64,000 nucleotides of DNA from SAR86 cluster bacterium AG-422-E19 (GCA_003213595.1 QCMR01000001.1:154015-218014); one strand, 5' to 3'; shown: positions 1 through 9,913, counted from the stretch's first letter. Numbers and translations are program-made. Notes: generated by a model not told the origin, from the letters alone.

Positions 1-675
1 TTCTTCTATCGCTGTAGTACCATCTAAAGCGACTCTGCATGAAAGACCATTCTGAGTTAGCCGTCTCTCTAAAACCTCGCAATTAGTTTTATTATCGTCA
101 ACTATGAGAACATCCGATCCTTTGAGGTAATCATCTATGTCTAAACTGTAATCAATATCGCCTAATGATTTAAAAAGAGATTCGGCATTCTGGATTTGCC
201 CTTGTTCAGAATCTTCTGCTGCTTTTTCATTTAGATCGCCTTTAATAAAATCCACAAATCTTTCTATAGCAGTTTCTGTTTCTCTTGATAAAGATAAAAT
301 TGTATTCAAGTCTTTAATGCATTCTTCAGATAGATCATCCTCAAAATCTTCGATGAGTATCTCGCTATAACCAATAATTGCATTTAGAGGTGTTCGAAGG
401 TTGTGCCTTAATTCTGAGTATTCTTGTGATGTTTTGGTTTGCTTATCTGCCGAAGTATTTTCTCTAAAAGCGTCTTCGTACTGACTTAAAAGTTTATCTT
501 CAGCTTCTTTAATTTGATTAATTTCAGAACTTATATCTAAGTTATTTTGAACTGCAAACTGTTCTACCAAATCAATATATTGTTCTATGGCTTCAGCAGG
601 AGCGGCGAACTCTTGTTTTATTTGTGCTAATAATATTTTTTCAGCGCCTTTTGAAGGCTTTTCCAGACTGGCCAT
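1..675 (-). CDS. HisKA(DHp)-REC signalling protein, truncated at window edge (not in ORF track)
   Basis: Hand translation from ATG 675 is open to base 1: MASLEKPSKG...LRHNLRTPLNAIIGYSEIL (H-box)...SDVLIVDDNKTNCEVLERRL (REC start); ATG overlaps upstream stop (TAATG). Confidence 0.85.
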   Translation of the reverse strand, partial: MASLEKPSKGAEKILLAQIKQEFAAPAEAIEQYIDLVEQFAVQNNLDISSEINQIKEAEDKLLSQYEDAFRENTSADKQTKTSQEYSELRHNLRTPLNAIIGYSEILIEDFEDDLSEECIKDLNTILSLSRETETAIERFVDFIKGDLNEKAAEDSEQGQIQNAESLFKSLGDIDYSLDIDDYLKGSDVLIVDDNKTNCEVLERRLTQNGLSCRVALDGTTAIEE

Positions 676-1763
676 TAAAATTCCTCCTTGAATTCTTCCA
701 AAAATTGGGGGCGATGATGATAATAGCCTTGTCCATTATTGCATCCGAGTTTCAAAAAAGTTTCTTGCTGTTCTATTGTCTCTATCCCTTCTGCCAACAT
801 GTCTAATTCCATATTTTTGCAAATTGAAACTACGAATTTAACAAGTTCTTGTGTGTCTTGTTCGGATACTGTCCTTGAAAAATCTTTATCTAATTTAACA
901 AGTGAAATCGGCAAGTCTCTCAAATAACTCAAAGAAGAATAACCTGCACCAAAATCATCAAGGGCTAGAGGTATCCCATGAGATTTAAGTTTTTCAAAAT
1001 AATCAGCCGCCCGAGATCTATCTTCTAGCTCAGCTGTCTCAGTAATTTCAAGGCCTAAGTCACCTGATTTTAAGTCATTTTCTTCGACAAAATCTAAAAT
1101 GATTTTACAAAAATTTTCTTGCATAGCTGTATAAGCTGAGACGTTGAGATATACAGTAAAATCTAATTTTCTTTCTTTCTTAAAAGCGAATACCTCTTTT
1201 AATTTCTGCATAGAGGCAAGAACTACAAGAGAAAATAAGCTTTCTCCTTCAACCAAAGGTATTAATTTATCATTCGGGATGATATCTCCCTTTTCGTCTC
1301 TTAATCTTAGCAACGTTTCTACACTCACTAAGTCTCCACTAGCAAGGTCATATTGCTTTTGGTATGCCATATCTATTCGATCATTTTCTAAGCAGGAAAT
1401 TGTGTTTTTCAGGGCTTCAAGGGCGGCCTCTGACTGAGCCAGCACTTCTATTAAGAAAAAGGATTCTTCTTTATCTAAAGGAATTTCATGGACTCTTGAT
1501 CTTAGTAAAAACTTTATTTCCCTTAACGAAAGTTCAAGATCCGATTGAAATGAAGATCCAATTGCTTCTATTTTCTTTGATGTGCCATGAGATATTATTG
1601 GAGCAATAGCAATGTCATCGATTGCAGATGTATCAAAAACATATTGAGCAGATTGATTCATCCATTCCACCCCGCCATCTTTACAAAAAATTAAATATGG
1701 ACTTGGGTGATGTTGCAGAGATTTAATAAGGTATTTAGCCTGTTGATCTTCAATTATTGTCAT
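675..1763 (-). CDS. EAL-domain c-di-GMP phosphodiesterase with N-terminal PAS-like region
   Basis: ETLLR, LNVS, LEITE, DDFGAGYSS, KLD, AEGIE, QGY motifs; no GGDEF. Confidence 0.85.
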   Translation of the reverse strand: MTIIEDQQAKYLIKSLQHHPSPYLIFCKDGGVEWMNQSAQYVFDTSAIDDIAIAPIISHGTSKKIEAIGSSFQSDLELSLREIKFLLRSRVHEIPLDKEESFFLIEVLAQSEAALEALKNTISCLENDRIDMAYQKQYDLASGDLVSVETLLRLRDEKGDIIPNDKLIPLVEGESLFSLVVLASMQKLKEVFAFKKERKLDFTVYLNVSAYTAMQENFCKIILDFVEENDLKSGDLGLEITETAELEDRSRAADYFEKLKSHGIPLALDDFGAGYSSLSYLRDLPISLVKLDKDFSRTVSEQDTQELVKFVVSICKNMELDMLAEGIETIEQQETFLKLGCNNGQGYYHHRPQFLEEFKEEF

Positions 1764-2217
1764 CTTCTATAAGTTCCTCAACAACTTCAACGAAGCTATC
1801 ATTAAATGTATTTTTCATGAAAGACCAAAGTTTTAAGTGATACTTTGATTTAAAAAGTGTTTTGAAAGATCTCTTATAATTTTCCCATTCTCCTTTATCG
1901 ATCATTCCAATTGTGTATTGATAATGTTGGTTTTCTCTAGACCGTAACATTATGCTGAAATATGACATGTATTTAGCATCCTCTTCAGGAGTAAGTTCCT
2001 CATCGTTTCGCAGTTTTAACTTAATCTTAACCATGCTTTTTTTCATACCTTCTAAAGCAATTTCTTGATGACTATCGGCGACATTCTGCCTGGCATTTGC
2101 TCTTGCTACTCTATTTTGCTCTCTCATTTCTTGTATTAAATAGTAAATTGAAGCTACAGCTCCAATTGCTGCCAATGCTCCAACAATGCTATTAAAGTAC
2201 TCAATAAAAAAATTCAT
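1750..2217 (-). CDS. Hypothetical protein with single N-terminal TM helix and coiled segment
   Basis: 155-aa ORF, hydrophobic N-terminus, overlaps EAL gene start. Confidence 0.65.
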   Translation of the reverse strand: MNFFIEYFNSIVGALAAIGAVASIYYLIQEMREQNRVARANARQNVADSHQEIALEGMKKSMVKIKLKLRNDEELTPEEDAKYMSYFSIMLRSRENQHYQYTIGMIDKGEWENYKRSFKTLFKSKYHLKLWSFMKNTFNDSFVEVVEELIEDDNN

Positions 2218-2280
2218 GTTTTATTCCAAAAATTGAGAATGATAAGCTTAATTGTTTTGCTGGTTTATTTAAACGATTTT

Positions 2281-2964
2281 TTAAAATAAATAAGGGATAA
2301 GTCTAGCTCTTACTTTTTTACAATAATCTTCATATCCTTCTAAATCATTAACAAGAGTTTTTTCTTCAACATTTATTCTCGATCTCAAAGCTATTGCTAA
2401 AAAAATCAGACTTAGAAAAAGTGATAGATAAGTACCTAACCAAACATTTACTCCAGTTATAAAAAAAATAAAACCGGTATACATTGGATGTCTCACCATG
2501 GAATAAATGCCTGTATCTATAACTTTCTGACCTCTTTCTTCTTGAATGTTGACAGTAGTTTCCGCAAACTCATTTGCATTCATTGAGGCCATAACAAAAA
2601 GCATGCCAATGATATAAATAGCCAAGCCAATATTTTTTATATTGCCTTCAAAATTAGAAGAGAGGTTTAAATGAAAAATATCTATCGGCGCTAAAGAAAG
2701 TCCAACAACAATTGCAGATAACATCAAGACTGTTGCCAGTCTGTCTTCTTTTGGCTGAGTCTCTGAATCGTAATTCATTCGAGCTTCAATACTTGCTGGC
2801 TTAACAACGAGCAAGTATGCAGAAGCTAGAATTGTTATTAGAAAGTGAATGGTAAGAAACAAAAGTGCATCTGGCCAATTTAGTGTTAAAGCAGGTAAAT
2901 ATAAAAAAATACCCAACAATGCGGTTTGAAAAAGTATCCCAAAGAGAGTTTTTACCCATAACAT
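2281..2964 (-). CDS. Isoprenylcysteine carboxyl methyltransferase (ICMT/PEMT) family membrane protein
   Basis: VIDTGIYSMVRHPMY, EEKTL...GYEDY motifs; multiple TMs. Confidence 0.85.
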   Translation of the reverse strand: MLWVKTLFGILFQTALLGIFLYLPALTLNWPDALLFLTIHFLITILASAYLLVVKPASIEARMNYDSETQPKEDRLATVLMLSAIVVGLSLAPIDIFHLNLSSNFEGNIKNIGLAIYIIGMLFVMASMNANEFAETTVNIQEERGQKVIDTGIYSMVRHPMYTGFIFFITGVNVWLGTYLSLFLSLIFLAIALRSRINVEEKTLVNDLEGYEDYCKKVRARLIPYLF

Positions 2965-3001
2965 GTTTGTTCTCCAAAGTTATGTTATCAAATATTCTTA
3001 A

Positions 3002-3838
3002 TTAGTTATTTTTAACTAAAAACTTTTCAACTGCCATTGAAAAAATGTCGTTTTTATCGCCTGCTACCATGTGCGCAGCATTACTAATTTCTTCAAATTC
3101 CGCATGAGAAACTACTTTTAAAAAATAATCTTTATCTTCTTCAGTTAATACGTCACTAAGTCCGCCTCTTATTAATAACGTAGGGATATTTAAAAAATTA
3201 GCAGCCTCTTCCAAATGGCCAAAATACTCTTTTATGTCTTGACCTTGTCTGCCTTGAAGAAATTTTGGATCCCAATGCCAATAGAACCTATTATCCTTTT
3301 TTCTTAAGTTTTTATGCAATCCAGATAAATCTTTTGGTTTTTCTCTATGAGGTAAAAAGTTAGATATATAATCCGCAGCCTCTTCTAAAGACGAAAATCC
3401 ATTTTCTGCAGATCTCATAAATTCTACAATTCTATCCGAACCTTCTTGATTAGGATAAATGCCTATATCTACCATCGTGAGCGTTTTGCAAAAACTTGAG
3501 TAGTCGGGATCTCCAGCAAGAGATAAGGATGTCATTCCTCCAAGGGAAGCACCAACTAAATTTACAGGCTTATCATGCTGTTTAATGATCGAGATCAAAT
3601 CTTGTTTATGGTCATGAATCTTATACTCTCCTTTTTCCGACCAAAAACTGTCTCCATGCCCTCTAAGATCATAAGTAATAACATAAAAGCCTTTTTTAGA
3701 GATATTTTCTGCCGCATTGTCCCAAGCAAATCTAGTCTGACCTCCACCATGCAAAAAAATTACTAAAGGATTAGATTCTTCACCATAGATGGAGCCGGCA
3801 ATATCGTTACCATCAAAATTTTTGAAAACTTTTAACAT
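3002..3838 (-). CDS. Alpha/beta hydrolase
   Basis: LHGGGQ, DLRGHGDS, GASLGG nucleophile elbow, AAHMVAGD. Confidence 0.9.
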   Translation of the reverse strand: MLKVFKNFDGNDIAGSIYGEESNPLVIFLHGGGQTRFAWDNAAENISKKGFYVITYDLRGHGDSFWSEKGEYKIHDHKQDLISIIKQHDKPVNLVGASLGGMTSLSLAGDPDYSSFCKTLTMVDIGIYPNQEGSDRIVEFMRSAENGFSSLEEAADYISNFLPHREKPKDLSGLHKNLRKKDNRFYWHWDPKFLQGRQGQDIKEYFGHLEEAANFLNIPTLLIRGGLSDVLTEEDKDYFLKVVSHAEFEEISNAAHMVAGDKNDIFSMAVEKFLVKNN

Positions 3839-3845
3839 CTATGAG

Positions 3846-4406
3846 TTAGATCCACTGAGTTACAAATTCAGAGGTATCCATTTCAGGAATCTTTTTTTGT
3901 TTTCCGGAAGCTGTGCCTACGTAAAGATATCCGATTACCTTTTGATTTCCTTGTAAGTCGAGATACTTCGAAATCTTTTCATTAAGAGCAAAAACTCCGG
4001 TTCTCCACATGCCAGCGTAATTTAGAGCATTTAACGCAAGTAATATATTTTCCGCAGCGGCAGCAGTAGAGAGCATTTGCTCTATTTCAGGAACTTTTGG
4101 ATGAGTCTTGATTTCAGAAATTAGAATGACAATCATTGGGGCGCGAAAAGGCGCATCTCTATATTTTTGCAATGTCTCATCGGTAACATCCTTAATGTTG
4201 TCCTTAGCAAAATCTACAAAAATGGATGAAAGTTTTTCTAGACCCTTGCCTGTTACTTGGATAAATCTTGAGGGTCTTTGCCAAGCATGATCGGGTGCCC
4301 TAAGCGCAGCCTGATAAATTTGTTCCATTTCTTTTTCAGAAGGATGGGGTTCAGACAATTCTCTTGGAGAATTTCTATTGAGAATATTTTTTAGAGCTTC
4401 ATTCAT
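3846..4406 (-). CDS. Nitroreductase, YdjA-like
   Basis: RNSPR, AALRAPDH, FRAP, WRTG motifs. Confidence 0.85.
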   Translation of the reverse strand: MNEALKNILNRNSPRELSEPHPSEKEMEQIYQAALRAPDHAWQRPSRFIQVTGKGLEKLSSIFVDFAKDNIKDVTDETLQKYRDAPFRAPMIVILISEIKTHPKVPEIEQMLSTAAAAENILLALNALNYAGMWRTGVFALNEKISKYLDLQGNQKVIGYLYVGTASGKQKKIPEMDTSEFVTQWI

Positions 4407-4412
4407 TATTAC

Positions 4413-5012
4413 TTAGTTTTCTTTATATCCTGACATTTTATCCCAAGCTTTAATTTTATTTTCTGAAATACCAGCTTCCATTACATCGCCACGGAATCTT
4501 TTATAAGTATAGGGAATAATAAGTTTTCTCGTATTGAAGATAAAAACCGCTATTCCCCAAACGTTAAATAAAATACAAATGATTAAAATTTCTACTCTGA
4601 TCAGATCGGAAAATAATGAAAACATGGCGATTGAAAGATATGTCTCAGGCTTGGTTAAGAACATAGCTAATCCCACTTTTCCTGGAGGCATAATCATCCA
4701 CAAAAGCATCATTACAAGTGCCAGACCGATAAATAGGAGTTCAATCTCAAATCTAGTGACTGCGCCCTCTATGATGCCGTTTAGAGCAATGAAACCGAGA
4801 AAAAAACAAACAATGGCATGAAATTTATGTTGCATTTTGTCTTCCATGAATAAATACGCATTTAATTTTCCATTGAGTTTTGTCCAAGAAGGCAGTTTTC
4901 TAAAAAAATCATCAAAAATTTCAAAGATACCCAGGCTTAAATAAACTATTGCTTCAACCCAAAGAACTGTCTTTAAGGCAAGGGTTAATTCAAAAAGCTC
5001 GGTAGAACTCAT
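4413..5012 (-). CDS. Hypothetical integral membrane protein
   Basis: 199-aa ORF with about 5 hydrophobic helices, tightly packed in operon. Confidence 0.7.
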   Translation of the reverse strand: MSSTELFELTLALKTVLWVEAIVYLSLGIFEIFDDFFRKLPSWTKLNGKLNAYLFMEDKMQHKFHAIVCFFLGFIALNGIIEGAVTRFEIELLFIGLALVMMLLWMIMPPGKVGLAMFLTKPETYLSIAMFSLFSDLIRVEILIICILFNVWGIAVFIFNTRKLIIPYTYKRFRGDVMEAGISENKIKAWDKMSGYKEN

Positions 5013-5020
5013 CTTTGGAG

Positions 5021-5434
5021 TTAAATATTTAGGCCGAAAATATTAGAAATTATCCATTGGCCTGAAATAATCATTGCCCAAACAGCCTGAATTAATATTA
5101 CTATCCAAGAAAATAAAATTCCCATCTGTCTAAAAATTATATTTCCCCCTCCAATCAGAGTGTAAGCATGAGAAATTCTAGATAAAACAAATAAGTCTCC
5201 TAGAATTAAGACTGCTAGATCAGGTATTTGACCGATGATTTCAAGAGCAAACGATAAAGCCAAAAAAAGAAGAGCATATTCAATAAAGTTCCCATGTGCT
5301 CTTTGAGCAGCCAATAATTCTTCGCTATCCCCAGTACCCAGGCTAATTTCAGTTTTAAGTCTTTGTCTGACGGTAAGTAAAGACAAGATTATTGCAAAGA
5401 AGCCAAGCACTCCTGCATAAAATAAACTTATCAT
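5021..5434 (-). CDS. MAPEG family protein
   Basis: RAHGNFIEY, SRISHA motifs. Confidence 0.85.
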   Translation of the reverse strand: MISLFYAGVLGFFAIILSLLTVRQRLKTEISLGTGDSEELLAAQRAHGNFIEYALLFLALSFALEIIGQIPDLAVLILGDLFVLSRISHAYTLIGGGNIIFRQMGILFSWIVILIQAVWAMIISGQWIISNIFGLNI

Positions 5435-5440
5435 TAAAAA

Positions 5441-7348
5441 TTAATTATAGTTATTGCTACTGAGCTCAAGACCTTTGAGATCATCTTTATCACGCCATTT
5501 TTTCATAAGTTTGAAAAAATTCAGAGCTCCTCCGCCGTAAGGATTATTTTGTGGAGCCTGCATAGGCTTACCTTCATTATTGTAATAACCTGGAGTGCAA
5601 CTTTCTTGAAAACTCAACATGTCTCTTGAATTATCTATAATGGTTTTTACCCAATTTTCCTCACCTTCTTTTGAAGCCTCGACTAGAGACATATTCTTTT
5701 CTCTCATGGATTTTAAAATATATGCAAGGTGGATACTCTGTTCATCGAGGGAATGCGTATAGTTTGCTGTGAAGCCAGCTTGTTGAGGGCCAAAGAAAAA
5801 ACTATTTGGGAATCCGCGACTATGCATGCCATGCATAGTAGATAGACCATCTTTCCACTTATCCATTATTGAAAGACCTTTTCTGCCATAAATTTCGTAA
5901 CCACTTCTTCTGGTATAGTCAGTTCCGACCTCAAAGCCTGTAGCAAATATGATGCAGTCAACTTCATATTCTTTGCCGTCAAAGAAAATGCCCTTTTCAG
6001 TGATTTTATCTAGACCCTTACCTTGAGTATCAACCAAAGTCACATTTTCTCGATTGTAAGTATCAAGGTATTCATCGTGGAAACATGGGCGTTTGCAAAA
6101 TTGTCGGTAATAGGGCTTTAGAGATTCTGCTACGTTTGGATCTTTTACAATCTCTTCAGCTCTAGCTCTGATTTGCTCCATTTTGGCAAAATCTACCATT
6201 TCAACTTTATTCGAGACATTTTCTTTCCCAACAAAGTTCATGAATTTATCGGCCATAAATGGCTTAAGGCCTTTTTTATAAAAATCTTTATTGAATGGCG
6301 CAAGTAATGCCCACAAAGCCATTCTGAGTTTAGATGGTCCTGATGCCCTAAATGCTGACAATATGGTTCTAAAAATTTCAGTCCAACCATCGTTTACTAA
6401 ATCTTCTCCACTGAATTCTCCTCCAAGAAATCCTTCAAAGTTAGCTCTTCTTTTTTCATGCCACCCAGGCTTCATAGAATTAAACCAGTCTTCGTCAGTT
6501 TCTCTATTTGCTCTTACGTCTATCGACGAGGGAGTTCTTTGAAAAACATAAAGCTCTTTTGCAGATGCTCCCAAATGCGGAATACACTGCACAGCAGTTG
6601 CTCCTGTACCAATGATGGCTACTTTTTTATCAGAAAGATTTTTCAGGTCTCCATGAGAAGATCCTCCGGTATATTCGTAGTCCCAACGGCTTGTATGAAA
6701 AGTATGTCCCTTATAGTCATTAATTCCATCTATTGCAGGCAACTTTGGTCTGTTCAAAGGCCCGTTTGAGTGAACCACAAAATTCGCAGTTATTTCATCG
6801 CCTTTGTTGGTTTTAATTGTCCATAATCCAGAATCGTCCGACCACTTCGTCTCGGTGACTTCTGTTTGCAAAATTGAGTTTTCATAAAGCTTAAACTTTT
6901 CAGCAATAACTCCACAGTACTCTAGAGTCTCAGGAGCATTGGTATATTTGCTTTTAGGGATAAATCCAGTTTCTTCAAGCAACGGAAAATAAATATACGA
7001 TTCAATGTCACATGAGGCTCCAGGATATCTATTCCAATACCAAGTCCCGCCAAAGTCTCCTCCCTTTTCAATGATTTTAAAATCATCAAATCCTGCTTCT
7101 CTTATTCTTGCAGCTGCCAGCATTCCGCCAAAACCGCCGCCGATAATTGCAATTTCAGTATGAAGTTTTAAAGATTCCCTTTCTGTTTTTTTTTCAACAT
7201 ATGGGTCTTCTACAAAATACGAGAAATCTCCTTTTACTTCCTTATATTGGTTGTTGCCATCAGAGCGAAGACGTTTATCTCTTTCTTCTCTATACTTTTC
7301 TCGAAGTTTTTCCGGATCAAAATCAAAATTTTCTATATTTGCTGCCAT
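5441..7348 (-). CDS. Type I Baeyer-Villiger flavin monooxygenase
   Basis: GGGFGG, GGTWYWNRYPG, YKGHTFHTSRW fingerprint, GTGATA, ATG motif. Confidence 0.9.
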   Translation of the reverse strand: MAANIENFDFDPEKLREKYREERDKRLRSDGNNQYKEVKGDFSYFVEDPYVEKKTERESLKLHTEIAIIGGGFGGMLAAARIREAGFDDFKIIEKGGDFGGTWYWNRYPGASCDIESYIYFPLLEETGFIPKSKYTNAPETLEYCGVIAEKFKLYENSILQTEVTETKWSDDSGLWTIKTNKGDEITANFVVHSNGPLNRPKLPAIDGINDYKGHTFHTSRWDYEYTGGSSHGDLKNLSDKKVAIIGTGATAVQCIPHLGASAKELYVFQRTPSSIDVRANRETDEDWFNSMKPGWHEKRRANFEGFLGGEFSGEDLVNDGWTEIFRTILSAFRASGPSKLRMALWALLAPFNKDFYKKGLKPFMADKFMNFVGKENVSNKVEMVDFAKMEQIRARAEEIVKDPNVAESLKPYYRQFCKRPCFHDEYLDTYNRENVTLVDTQGKGLDKITEKGIFFDGKEYEVDCIIFATGFEVGTDYTRRSGYEIYGRKGLSIMDKWKDGLSTMHGMHSRGFPNSFFFGPQQAGFTANYTHSLDEQSIHLAYILKSMREKNMSLVEASKEGEENWVKTIIDNSRDMLSFQESCTPGYYNNEGKPMQAPQNNPYGGGALNFFKLMKKWRDKDDLKGLELSSNNYN

Positions 7349-7384
7349 ATTGAATTACCTTATTAAGTATGAAAAAAATATAAC

Positions 7385-8623
7385 TTATGACATTAATCGT
7401 GTCAAAAGATTGTTTTTCTGAAAAGAATTATATAAGAAAAATAGAAATAATAGGTTTATGGACAAGTATCCTGCCATAGGCAGAATGTATTTATTAGCTT
7501 CAGGAAGGAAAAAAGAAGTTAGGAAAACTCCTATTAAAAAAACTATTCTGAAAGCGTCTACCAGTAAAGCCTTCTTGCTGTCCAACCACAAAGAGACACA
7601 ATATGCTGTTGAAACCATTGCAATAGCAACAACAATACCTTGCAGTAGGTTCATTTCGCCCAATTCAATAAAGACTGTGCTGATAAGAGACACGAATATC
7701 AATTGAAAAAAAGCATAACTTTTGGAAGCAAAAGAGGAATTAGGATTGTATTTTTCAAAATTGTGAACATCAAAATCTGTTTTTGGAGATAAATGACCTG
7801 AATCGGTTGGAATCCACCTGGTTGGTGCAACCAAGACATAAAGCTTATTTTTAAGATTTTTTGTATGGAATATTTCTCTTAGCATCTTCACATAAATATG
7901 AAGATTTGCCCAAACAGGATTAAAGGTTTTTAAAGGGCCTCTAATGCCATAGACAGGAGAAACATTGTCTTCTTCCTCCTTGAAAGTTCCGAAAAATCTA
8001 TCCCAAATAATAAATACCCCGCCATAATTCTTATCTATGTATTCCTCATTTTGAGCATGATGAACTCTGTGATTAGAGGGAGAAACGAAAAATAACTCAA
8101 ACCATCCCAATTTAGGAACATGTTCTGTGTGAACCCAAAATTGATAAATCAAATTAATGGAAGCTACCGAAACAAAAACATAAGAAGGCACGCCGATAAT
8201 GAAAAGTGGAATATAAAATACCCAAGTCAAAAAGAAGCCTGTACCAGTCTGTCTTAATGCTGTAGATAAATTGTAATCCTCGCTTTGATGATGAGCCACA
8301 TGCGATGCCCAAAAAATTTGTCTCTCGTGACTAATTCTATGAAACCAATAATAAAAGAAGTCATAGGCAATAAACGCAATTATCCAAGTAAGAATTGAAC
8401 TTGAATCCCATCTTGGCAATGAAAAATGTGTTTCCACAAAGAAGAAAACTGCTCCTCCTAAACCTATTTTCAATGCCGAACTAGTAGACCGAAGAGCTCC
8501 CATAAACATACTAGACAAAGCATCATTGGCTCGGTAAGTATTATTATTTTTTAACCAACCATATGAAAGCTCTATTAGGATGGCTAGTAAGAAAAACGGA
8601 ACTGCATAAGGAACATAATCCAT
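7385..8623 (-). CDS. Sterol desaturase/fatty acid hydroxylase family, alkylglycerol monooxygenase-like (long form)
   Basis: YYWFHRISHE, HVAHHQSEDYNLSTALRQ, QFWVHTE, HRVHH His boxes; C-terminal TM domain. Confidence 0.85.
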   Translation of the reverse strand: MDYVPYAVPFFLLAILIELSYGWLKNNNTYRANDALSSMFMGALRSTSSALKIGLGGAVFFFVETHFSLPRWDSSSILTWIIAFIAYDFFYYWFHRISHERQIFWASHVAHHQSEDYNLSTALRQTGTGFFLTWVFYIPLFIIGVPSYVFVSVASINLIYQFWVHTEHVPKLGWFELFFVSPSNHRVHHAQNEEYIDKNYGGVFIIWDRFFGTFKEEEDNVSPVYGIRGPLKTFNPVWANLHIYVKMLREIFHTKNLKNKLYVLVAPTRWIPTDSGHLSPKTDFDVHNFEKYNPNSSFASKSYAFFQLIFVSLISTVFIELGEMNLLQGIVVAIAMVSTAYCVSLWLDSKKALLVDAFRIVFLIGVFLTSFFLPEANKYILPMAGYLSINLLFLFFLYNSFQKNNLLTRLMS

Positions 8624-8628
8624 AAATT

Positions 8629-9018
8629 TTATAGTTGTTTAATTGCACAAAGCTTGTTGCCAGAGGGATCTCTCAAATAAGCTAAGTACATTTTCATGCC
8701 TTCAAATTCTCTAACACCAGGCGCATCTTCAATGGAAACTCCACCAGCTTCGAGGCCTGCTGCATGCCATTTATCTCCCTGAGCTTCATCTTCTATATTG
8801 AATCCAATAGTTGAACCATTTCCTGCAGAAGCTGGCTCCCCATCAATAGGCTCTGAAATACAAAAAGTCATTCCCTCTAAAAAATAAAAGTAACGAGTTT
8901 GACCAGTAAGATTTGGTACCATGAGTCCTGGTTTTGCACCTAAAACTCCTAAAACATTATCATAAAAAGTTTTAGATTCCTCTACATCATTTGCTCCAAC
9001 CATAATATGACTAAACAT
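8629..9018 (-). CDS. VOC/glyoxalase family protein
   Basis: MFSHIMVGAND, AYLRDPSGNKLCA. Confidence 0.85.
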   Translation of the reverse strand: MFSHIMVGANDVEESKTFYDNVLGVLGAKPGLMVPNLTGQTRYFYFLEGMTFCISEPIDGEPASAGNGSTIGFNIEDEAQGDKWHAAGLEAGGVSIEDAPGVREFEGMKMYLAYLRDPSGNKLCAIKQL

Positions 9019-9046
9019 AATTTCCCCTGTGATTTATTTTTAATTT

Positions 9047-9913
9047 TTAATAAGGTCTGTCGCCTACGACTGTAACCCTTTCAACTTTTCTTACTTGCGG
9101 CCAATAATCTGATACGGCGTAGTGTTGACACGCTCTATTATCCCAAAAAGCAATCGAATCCTTTTCCCAGATAAATCGACACTGATACTCAGGTATTGCC
9201 GCTTGAGCATAAAGAAAATCTAGCATAATGGAAGATTCTGTAGCATCCCAGTCTTTTATATATTGTGTAAAAGCTTTGTTTACGTATATAACTTTTTGTT
9301 TTGTATCCGGATGCGTGCGAATCACAGGATGTTCTGGGCTTGGATACTTTTGATTAAAAGCCTCTATTTCTGCTTCACTTTTGCCTTGTTTGATTAATCT
9401 TTGTCTAAAACCAGCAAAATCATGAACAGCAATTGCTCCTTCTAACTTTTTCTTCACTTCCTCAGACAGCCCATCATAGGCCAAGCACATATCAGAAAAT
9501 AAGGTATCGCCTCCAACCTGAGGCCCCTCAATCATACGTAAAATAGATCCTAAAGAAGGCTCTTTTCTCCAGGTGACATCAGAATGCCAGGTATTTTCTC
9601 TTCCCCTGCTTTTTTTATCATGCGTGATACTGAGAACTTCAGGAAATCCTTCTTTGTGAGGCGCAAAAGGATGCACTTCCAATTTGCCAAAGTTTTTTGC
9701 AAACTTTAAGTGCTCTTCAGTACTAAGGTTTTGTTTGCGAAAAAAAATTACCTTATAAATAAGAAGAGCTTGATAGATTGATTTATAAGTCTTTTTATCT
9801 AGATTTTTTCTTAAATCAATTTCCAAAAGCTCTGCTCCAATATTTGGCGATATACGATTTACTTTAAAAGGTAAATCTTGCTCTTCGAAATTTTTAGCAA
9901 TCAAGATTTCCAT
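9047..9913 (-). CDS. TauD/TfdA family Fe(II)/2-oxoglutarate dioxygenase
   Basis: WHSDVT, GGDTLF, HPVIRTHP, WDNRACQH. Confidence 0.9.
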   Translation of the reverse strand: MEILIAKNFEEQDLPFKVNRISPNIGAELLEIDLRKNLDKKTYKSIYQALLIYKVIFFRKQNLSTEEHLKFAKNFGKLEVHPFAPHKEGFPEVLSITHDKKSRGRENTWHSDVTWRKEPSLGSILRMIEGPQVGGDTLFSDMCLAYDGLSEEVKKKLEGAIAVHDFAGFRQRLIKQGKSEAEIEAFNQKYPSPEHPVIRTHPDTKQKVIYVNKAFTQYIKDWDATESSIMLDFLYAQAAIPEYQCRFIWEKDSIAFWDNRACQHYAVSDYWPQVRKVERVTVVGDRPY

